Source: a virus. From it: a stretch of 6,162 bases of DNA. The stretch spans positions 1-6,162 of the IMG/VR virus record IMGVR_UViG_3300020041_000053. The stretch is one strand, 5' to 3'. Under the pieces are notes generated by a model. It saw only the letters and a list, made by a program, of their open reading frames with translations, searched no databases and was not told the origin of the DNA. Below are positions 1 to 5,042 of this stretch, one piece after another (positions within the stretch are counted from its first letter, which is position 1; the number at the start of each line of letters is the position of its first letter). Position numbers and translations under genes: made by a program.

Positions 1-121
1 ACCATGGCGACAAGGATTCTTCTTGTCGAAATAGCGACGATTCCGTATCCATATGGGCGACGAACAGGGCATTACATGAAACTTCTAAGACAGTCAAATC
101 TAATAGCAGGATAATCGAGAC
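1..121. repeat. Terminal direct repeat, copy 1 (circular-genome assembly overlap)
   Basis: Read base by base, 1..121 is identical to 6042..6162. It duplicates the first 24 codons of Rep (1..72, minus strand) and the last 16 codons plus stop of the 66-aa ORF (72..121). It is therefore a redundant copy, not a separate locus. Confidence 0.97.
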
Positions 122-272
122 GACAGCGAATGAGATAATCATTAGCGGGTTCTTCGTCAGAAAACCAGGCGACAACAACTCGCTTTTTCCCGCGGTATGC
201 TCCAATAGAAAAACGGTAGGGAATACTGTTAATCACAGGAGAAAAACGGGGGCGAAAATCAAACTTATCCAT
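72..272 (-). CDS. Hypothetical 66-aa protein immediately upstream of Rep and apparently translationally coupled to it
   Basis: Intact ATG..TAA ORF. On the minus strand its stop (74..72) overlaps the Rep ATG (72..70) as TAATG. It follows the main non-coding region. I recognise no motif in it. Confidence 0.55.
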   Translation of the reverse strand: MDKFDFRPRFSPVINSIPYRFSIGAYRGKKRVVVAWFSDEEPANDYLIRCRLDYPAIRFDCLRSFM

Positions 273-291
273 AATCGTAGAATAACACTTT

Positions 292-424
292 GCGCTTCGA
301 AAGGCGGTACTTTCGAGCGCGAGAACTACTTCGTTACGCCGGCCGACCGCCTAACGGCGGGGACGCTCCGCGTCTTCGGCCTCCATGGCTCCACTTCGTG
401 AGCCTATATACCGGATAAATCCGG
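292..424 (-). other. Cluster of GC-rich stem-loops in the main intergenic region (candidate complementary-strand origin or regulatory region)
   Basis: Hand-folded. H1: 292-303 pairs with 310-320 (11 bp plus one bulge, 6-nt loop). Three-way junction: outer stem 341-346/376-381 (6 bp) encloses hairpins 347-351/356-360 (loop TAAC) and 362-366/370-374 (loop TCC). H3: 387-394 pairs with 398-404 (7 bp, one bulge). H4: 411-415/420-424 (CCGGA TAAA TCCGG). No ORF of 60 aa or more on either strand. Confidence 0.6.
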
Positions 425-438
425 TGAGTCTATGAGCG

Positions 439-472
439 AAAACTCCCAGGGAGAGAAAACCTCTCCCTGGAG
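439..472 (-). terminator. Intrinsic-terminator-like hairpin plus T-run, downstream of the last gene of the minus-strand gene train
   Basis: The minus strand reads CTCCAGGGAGAG-GTTTT-CTCTCCCTGGGAG followed by TTTT. The core stem 446-455/461-470 is 10 bp, extended by 2 bp across a one-base bulge. The T-run is 442..439. The hairpin lies 46 nt past the stop of the 107-aa ORF. The T-tract is only 4 nt. Confidence 0.45.
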
Positions 473-517
473 CATCACAACTAAAGAACTCTTCCACCGA
501 GAGGACGGGTTACTATC

Positions 518-841
518 TTAGCTCCTCTTCCTTTCTTCTTTCGGCGCGCTTTCATCGCAATCAAGGTTAAAATCAAACATAAGGATTAGAGTATTATCGA
601 AAAACTCAACTCGGAAATGAGGTAGGCTGCCACAAGTAGTAACAAGGTCAAAAACTTCCGAATGTTCGACGTAGAGCGAATCGCTAATAGACGAACTCTT
701 TAAAAAGCGCGCGATAGGGGTATCCTTAACAGCGCTAAAAGGAAGGGGTTCGAACTGACTCTCTTTGAGGAGACCTACCTGGACGAGGTCGATTTTAAGG
801 GCCGGGTTAATCCGACGAATAACAACATGAATCTGCGACAT
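518..841 (-). CDS. Hypothetical 107-aa protein (ORFan, acidic/basic C-terminal tail DCDESAPKEERKRS)
   Basis: Intact ATG..TAA ORF on the same strand as all core genes. It starts 11 nt after the stop of the preceding ORF and is the last gene before the terminator-like hairpin. No recognisable motif. Confidence 0.6.
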   Translation of the reverse strand: MSQIHVVIRRINPALKIDLVQVGLLKESQFEPLPFSAVKDTPIARFLKSSSISDSLYVEHSEVFDLVTTCGSLPHFRVEFFDNTLILMFDFNLDCDESAPKEERKRS

Positions 842-852
842 GACAATGCAAT

Positions 853-1173
853 TTAAAGTTTCGATTGAAATCTAAGGTAAAAACGTTTCCAGGCTTCAGA
901 GTATTTTAGCCAAAAATCATAACCCTCAGGCGTCGTATCAAACAAGAAAGCAGTGGAAATGAGGTAGGTGGGGCCTAAGCTCGGGTTGCAAAGAGAACGC
1001 CGAATATGGGCGCGCAGACGGTCACGAAAACCCCCGTAGGGCGAAACGACGACATCGTAGTTTGTCTTAAAGGCAACGAATATGCCTTGACGAACGAGCC
1101 ACTCAGTAAAAGCGTAATCGAGAACGTCAACAATTAAATCGCCAGCCTTGAAATTTTTGCTTCCTTTTTTCAT
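853..1173 (-). CDS. Hypothetical 106-aa protein (ORFan, aromatic-rich C-terminus)
   Basis: Intact ATG..TAA ORF on the same strand as the core genes. A T-rich (coding-strand) 83-nt spacer after the VP2 stop precedes it. No recognisable motif. Confidence 0.6.
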   Translation of the reverse strand: MKKGSKNFKAGDLIVDVLDYAFTEWLVRQGIFVAFKTNYDVVVSPYGGFRDRLRAHIRRSLCNPSLGPTYLISTAFLFDTTPEGYDFWLKYSEAWKRFYLRFQSKL

Positions 1174-1256
1174 AGTATTGAGGTTATTGGTTTACAGCAC
1201 AAAGATGCAACAAAAAGAATAAACGGCAAAGTTCAAAAAGTCAAAAAGAATGTTCA

Positions 1257-2510
1257 TTATTTCCGCAAATTGCGGCGAGAAGTATAAACACCTCCGCGGA
1301 ATTCGCCATTGGGGTCGTAGACTTCGCGAGTTTCATCATAACCAGCCGGCGAGGCCATGCCTTTAGTGAGGGCCATGCCACTGATCGCGATAGCGCCAGT
1401 GAGGGCGGTGCGAGCCATCGAATAGCCAAAAGCGTTCTTCTCAGAGCGATTCATGAACCAACGGCCAGAAAGCCCTTGTTCGCCTTCAGAGGCGGCGAGA
1501 CCCAGAAGCTTCTCATGAATTTGACGACCGGTCATCTTGACCACCTTACCAGTAGGCTTACCCTTCTCATCAACTTCCGGAACATCAACCTCGGTCTCCC
1601 AGTTGAGGTTGAACCACTCGCGAAGATCGGCGAGACGAACCTTCTGAATTTCAGTGTCGGCCTTCATTAAATCACCGGAAGCAGCAGATTCGTAAGCAGC
1701 GGCATAATCACGAGAGATCTGCGCAGCATAAACAGAATCGAAATACTTATCGTTGTACTTCTTAATCATATTCGCCTCCTCAACATGCTTTGAATACATA
1801 GCCACGAAATCCTGAAATTTGTACGTGGCCATAAGATCAGCGTATTCAGCATCAGCAGCATGAATATCAGCAAGAGCACGATTAAGACGAACAAGCTCAG
1901 CAACATTACTAATGTTATGCTCGAGGGCCTTCTTTTCGAGGTCGTCCATCTCCTTACGCCACTCAGCACTGTGGGTATTACCTCGCATCAAATCAGCTTC
2001 GGCGTTATCACGATTAGCGGCAGCAACGTTGCGGTCAGTAGTCGATTGAGCAAGCATATTTTGAGCAATGGCTGCAGGATCAGAAACGGGGCCAAAGCCT
2101 GAGCCGCCAGGAAAGCTACCCGAAGGACCAGAGGCAGAGGGCATAGAGGCAGAGCCGCCGGACATAGTAGCATTAACGCCGACACCTGAAGAGCCTAAAA
2201 CGGCCGCAGGGGTTACGCCGGCTTTCAAATAACGATCGAAAACCTTCGTAGGGTCATTGTATGCATTCTCGTAGTCAAACTGTTTCTGCCAATTAGCATA
2301 GGAAAGTTCAGACTGCTTCTGCATTTGCTCAAGAGCGTACTTCTGCTGAAGCTTCATTTGTTTTTGTTGAAACTTCCACTGGCGACGGGCGTTCATGCCG
2401 CCAAAAAGCTGGCCGAGAGCGCCAGTAATCAGACCGGTAGTACCGGTAGATGCAGCCGACTGACCAAGAGCCTGGCCAAAAGATGCGGCGGCGGCAACGG
2501 GAATAGGCAT
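1257..2510 (-). CDS. VP2: Microviridae DNA pilot / minor capsid protein (VP2, phiX174 H analogue)
   Basis: 417 aa. The N-terminus is Gly/Ala-rich and hydrophobic (MPIPVAAAASFGQALGQSAASTGTTGLITGALGQLFGG). A Gln/Lys-rich helical segment follows, then ENAYNDPTKVFDRYLKAGVTPAAV (2199..2270). That segment matches the Y-N-x-P...AG-(L/V)-(N/T)-P signature typical of gokusho/alpavirus VP2. A Ser/Gly linker and a long helical region rich in charged residues come next. Confidence 0.88.
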   Translation of the reverse strand: MPIPVAAAASFGQALGQSAASTGTTGLITGALGQLFGGMNARRQWKFQQKQMKLQQKYALEQMQKQSELSYANWQKQFDYENAYNDPTKVFDRYLKAGVTPAAVLGSSGVGVNATMSGGSASMPSASGPSGSFPGGSGFGPVSDPAAIAQNMLAQSTTDRNVAAANRDNAEADLMRGNTHSAEWRKEMDDLEKKALEHNISNVAELVRLNRALADIHAADAEYADLMATYKFQDFVAMYSKHVEEANMIKKYNDKYFDSVYAAQISRDYAAAYESAASGDLMKADTEIQKVRLADLREWFNLNWETEVDVPEVDEKGKPTGKVVKMTGRQIHEKLLGLAASEGEQGLSGRWFMNRSEKNAFGYSMARTALTGAIAISGMALTKGMASPAGYDETREVYDPNGEFRGGVYTSRRNLRK

Positions 2511-2511
2511 A

Positions 2512-2703
2512 CTAAATGTGAGTTAAATTGTTAGAACGAATAATGTAATCAACACGGACAGTGTCGATGTGAACGCCGCTACGCTGCATCCGAGCTTGAG
2601 CCGAACAAGAAGCAAGAAAAAAGGTAGCCAATGCAGCGATAATGGATGAAATGAGCGTCCAAAAAGCCTTTGATTTATAGAACGGTTGTTTGACGTCAGC
2701 CAT
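2512..2703 (-). CDS. Small predicted lipoprotein / membrane protein (63 aa precursor, about 31 aa mature)
   Basis: Basic n-region (K5, K10, K12), hydrophobic h-region AFWTLISSIIAALATFF, then lipobox L-A-S-C with Cys33 (TGT at 2607..2605). Its TAG stop is 1 nt from the VP2 ATG. The start is 4 nt after the stop of the upstream ORF. Confidence 0.65.
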   Translation of the reverse strand: MADVKQPFYKSKAFWTLISSIIAALATFFLASCSAQARMQRSGVHIDTVRVDYIIRSNNLTHI

Positions 2704-2707
2704 GATA

Positions 2708-2911
2708 TTAAAAATTTAGGGGGAAGCTACGGTGCCGCACTCTCACTCCGTTCGAGGCGGTTCTCCGAACCGCGAAATGCGTCACCTCGCCACAATGGTG
2801 TAAACAATTGAATAAAGAACGATAGAAAAATGCGCGACCTCTCCTGCAGTCGTTACCAATAACCTTCAGCAATTCACGAACTCTTGCAGAAGGGGTCCGC
2901 GCACGTAGCAT
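2708..2911 (-). CDS. Possible small, highly basic protein (67 aa; 13 Arg, 1 Lys, 5 His against 3 acidic); possible J/VP8-like DNA-binding protein, or a spurious ORF across a structured spacer
   Basis: The ORF fills the VP3-like/lipoprotein gap almost exactly, with 22 nt upstream and 4 nt downstream. Composition recalls the small basic DNA-packaging proteins of Microviridae. The region is also GC-rich and carries a long imperfect hairpin (2831..2903), so a non-coding reading is equally viable. Confidence 0.4.
   Translation of the reverse strand: MLRARTPSARVRELLKVIGNDCRRGRAFFYRSLFNCLHHCGEVTHFAVRRTASNGVRVRHRSFPLNF
2831..2903 (-). other. Long imperfect inverted repeat / stem-loop
   Basis: Arm 2831-2849 pairs with 2884-2903: 16 Watson-Crick pairs, 2 G-T pairs, one mismatch (2843/2890) and one bulge (2898), around a 34-nt loop. 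A separate 7-bp hairpin with a TCC loop lies at 2757-2763/2767-2773. Confidence 0.55.
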
Positions 2912-2933
2912 ATATCGTCAAGTAAAGAGAGTA

Positions 2934-3230
2934 CTATTTTTCTTCAAGATTAGAGGGTTTCGCAGGAGCCTTCGATCTATCTATCTCAGAATCAATGAGT
3001 TCCTGACCAACCTCGAGGCCATCGAACTTATCCATGCGAGAAAAGGAGTTAGGGTCGAAATCAATCTCGGGATTGAATCTTTCTCCCTTATCGAAATCAC
3101 AGGGCTCTACCAGTACATCCGGACGACCGGGAAGAACATCGACAGAACCAGAACCGTCAAGAACAGAGAGAATACGCTGACCGCGAGAAATGTAAGCGGG
3201 AGTATCCTCAACAAGCCAATCAAGTGCCAT
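2934..3230 (-). CDS. Small acidic protein (98 aa), possible internal scaffolding protein (VP3-like) by position and composition only
   Basis: Intact ORF starting 12 nt after the VP1 stop. It is rich in Asp and Glu (DFDKGERFNPEIDFDPNSF, ELIDSEIDRS). Microvirus scaffolding proteins are small, acidic and encoded next to capsid genes. I can assert no sequence-level match. Confidence 0.55.
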   Translation of the reverse strand: MALDWLVEDTPAYISRGQRILSVLDGSGSVDVLPGRPDVLVEPCDFDKGERFNPEIDFDPNSFSRMDKFDGLEVGQELIDSEIDRSKAPAKPSNLEEK

Positions 3231-3242
3231 AAGATCAATATA

Positions 3243-5039
3243 TTAACGATTAGACAAACGGGTTGCGAATGTTTTATTCACCAAATTCTTCTTCTGAACC
3301 GCGTAAGACATATTTACAAAAAAATTATCTTCCACGTTCGAGCTAAAAGGCGAATTCACCTGCGACAAATCAACAAAAAGCGCCGGATAATAATAGGACT
3401 CAGGCAAAGAGCCGGTACTACTAGAAGTTAAAACAGCGCGTTGCTGGACCCAGTAAGAGTAAAGTGGAACGCCAGAGCCACCCTCGGCAGGACTCATGTA
3501 ATAAGCTTGAAGCTGGCCAAGCACCTCATCATAAGACGAGCGAAACTCATTAAAACACGGCTCAGATGCAGAACTAGCACCGGGATTCCCGTTAAACGCA
3601 ATACGGAAAGCCGGAACGTCCTGATAGCCAATATCGTTGTAAATAGGGTTGAAATAGTCAGAACCGAGGTAGTTAAGATAATCAGGCTTAATAAAGCTCC
3701 AATAATAAACGGGCCTAATACTCAGCATATCAATCAAATAACCTGGTTCTCGAAAATAATAAGACTGTCGACGACCCAAACTATCGTTGAATGCGATAGA
3801 ACCACCCTGCTGACCAAGGGGTTGGCTGCCGGAGAAATTATTGTTTCCTGCCTGATTCATCACAATCTGGACATTGATCGTCCGAGAAGCGCTAAAGAGA
3901 AGCTTAGGCCGGTCAACATGTTCAATCTTAGAAGCGAAAAACGTCTCCAACCAATCACTATAACGGCTGCCGCCAGCGCCCAAAAGATCCTTATATTCCT
4001 GAAGACGCGAAGCGATAGCCAACTGCGGGATAGTACTTACGCCCGTCATGGAAACAGCAGACGACGAGCCTACAGGAATAAGACGGCTAAAACGATCAGG
4101 ATTTGAAGGCACAACGGCCATAGGATGAGCAACTAAGAAATAAGCTAAACCGGAAGAAGCGCTAGAGCTGGTACTCGGGAGAGTCTGCGAGATAAGACCA
4201 GTGGTACCAAACAAACTTGTACTCGGGTAAGACTTGACAACGGGATAACCATCGGAAGAAGAAGCACCGCTGTCTAGGTCCGACTTAATGATCTGAAAAA
4301 AAAGGTTACCGCGATTGAACGAATTATTGGTAGAATTTAAGGAAGACGGATAAAATTGACTCTCATAAAAAGCATCCAAGAATTCAAGATTACCATAGCA
4401 CTGTGTGAAAAATCTAGAATCACCAGAATTCTCAGAATCAAGGGTGTACGCACCAGATGAAAAAACAACCTTATTCGCCATAGGCCACGCAAAAGAATAA
4501 AGTCCCCACTGCGAATAGCCGTAATAATTTCGGACAATATCCCAATAAGCTAAATACGTATCAGCAGTAGACCACTGACTCATGGAAGCGGTCGATGGAA
4601 GATCAATAGATGCAAGAGGCGTGCCACCAACATTGTACTTATTGCCAACGCGAAGCCAAGAAAAGAGCGAATTTGTATACGACGCGCCAAAAAAATCGGC
4701 ATTCAATGAACCAGCGGAGGGAATCGTAGAACAGATCCAATTCAAACTCAACGAGTTCATGTCAAACTTGCTGCTATTCGTCCTCAACTCGGGATGATAC
4801 AGCTGCAGAGGCACCCAGAAACGGTGAAGTCTAATGGTGTAGGGGTTAAACGTCGGAACAGCCAAGGGGTTGCTACGAACATCGATGCCTTGCTCGATAG
4901 AGACACGGTCTCGAGCATTGATAAAATCAATTCGCACTGGATATAGAATACCCGGTGTACAAGTAAAGGCCTTACTCTCAGGGACATCATAGCGAGAGTA
5001 GCCATTAACGGCATGTGAGATAAAAGGTTGTTTTCCCAT
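3243..5039 (-). CDS. VP1: Microviridae major capsid protein (VP1, phiX174 F family)
   Basis: 598 aa. Family-typical blocks are FNPYTIRLHRFWVPLQLY near the N-terminus, AIASRLQEYKDLLGAGGSRYSDWLETFF (GGSRYSDWLETFF at 3936..3974), EPGYLIDMLSIRP and the C-terminal FFVNMSYAVQ. The ATG is 3 nt after the Rep stop. Confidence 0.93.
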   Translation of the reverse strand: MGKQPFISHAVNGYSRYDVPESKAFTCTPGILYPVRIDFINARDRVSIEQGIDVRSNPLAVPTFNPYTIRLHRFWVPLQLYHPELRTNSSKFDMNSLSLNWICSTIPSAGSLNADFFGASYTNSLFSWLRVGNKYNVGGTPLASIDLPSTASMSQWSTADTYLAYWDIVRNYYGYSQWGLYSFAWPMANKVVFSSGAYTLDSENSGDSRFFTQCYGNLEFLDAFYESQFYPSSLNSTNNSFNRGNLFFQIIKSDLDSGASSSDGYPVVKSYPSTSLFGTTGLISQTLPSTSSSASSGLAYFLVAHPMAVVPSNPDRFSRLIPVGSSSAVSMTGVSTIPQLAIASRLQEYKDLLGAGGSRYSDWLETFFASKIEHVDRPKLLFSASRTINVQIVMNQAGNNNFSGSQPLGQQGGSIAFNDSLGRRQSYYFREPGYLIDMLSIRPVYYWSFIKPDYLNYLGSDYFNPIYNDIGYQDVPAFRIAFNGNPGASSASEPCFNEFRSSYDEVLGQLQAYYMSPAEGGSGVPLYSYWVQQRAVLTSSSTGSLPESYYYPALFVDLSQVNSPFSSNVEDNFFVNMSYAVQKKNLVNKTFATRLSNR

Positions 5040-5042
5040 GAA

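Noticed and set aside
95-102. Exact Bacteroides -7 promoter motifs (TAnnTTTG on the coding strand) at 95..102, 260..267 and 574..581.
   Set aside because: All three are inside ORFs, none has a properly spaced -33 TTTG, and the 6-base motif is expected at about this frequency in an A/T-skewed strand.
1-121. The terminal repeat read as a biological direct terminal repeat or LTR-like element.
   Set aside because: It bisects the Rep coding sequence and its upstream ORF, and joining the ends restores a single intact gene. This is the signature of a circular molecule linearised with overlap, not a functional repeat.
330-404. A tRNA-like or other small RNA gene in the structured intergenic region.
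   Set aside because: The fold is a three-way junction plus flanking hairpins, not a four-arm cloverleaf. There is no T-loop or anticodon-arm geometry, and the only small ORFs there (11-23 aa) have no supporting signals.
1241-2185. Same-strand +1-frame ORFs inside VP2 (1241..1429, 1766..1969, 1988..2185). Analogous ones lie inside VP1 (4337..4537, 4784..5014) and Rep (5858..6046).
   Set aside because: They are short (62-76 aa) and all in the same relative frame. Their uniformly Leu/Ile/Phe-rich composition fits T-rich third codon positions of the host gene. Nothing distinguishes any of them from compositional artefacts.
2703-2711. TGATATTAA on the plus strand here, and AATAACACT at 281..289, are each identical to a 9-mer of the phiX174 30-nt replication origin as I recall it (CAACTTGATATTAATAACACTATAGACCAC).
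   Set aside because: Both sit on the window's plus strand, which is complementary to the coding/viral strand that Rep should nick. They are about 2.4 kb apart rather than contiguous. About one chance 9-mer hit is expected for 22 possible 9-mers in 12 kb of two-strand sequence.
2896-2928. A possible XerC/D dif-like site (GCGCA...ATATAT...TAAAG). It would be relevant because alpavirus-type prophages are thought to use host Xer recombination.
   Set aside because: Hand alignment to the E. coli dif 28-mer gives only about half the positions matching beyond GCGCA. I do not know the relevant host dif consensus. No integrase or attachment evidence is present in the window.
3441-4106. 221-aa plus-strand ORF antisense to the capsid gene. 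Other plus-strand ORFs are 1476..1670, 1860..2102, 2325..2534, 4582..4797, 5160..5498, 5562..5774 and 5778..6155.
   Set aside because: All lie fully inside well-supported minus-strand genes. Their translations are Arg/Ile/Leu-rich and low-complexity, which is typical of antisense read-through. Microviridae transcribe one strand only.
4296-4303. An 8-nt homopolymer (T8 on the coding strand) inside the capsid gene, considered as a slippage or frameshift site.
   Set aside because: The VP1 frame runs through it intact (N-L-F-F-Q-I) into conserved downstream motifs. No alternative-frame ORF of note begins there. It is only worth noting as a place where sequencing errors could arise.
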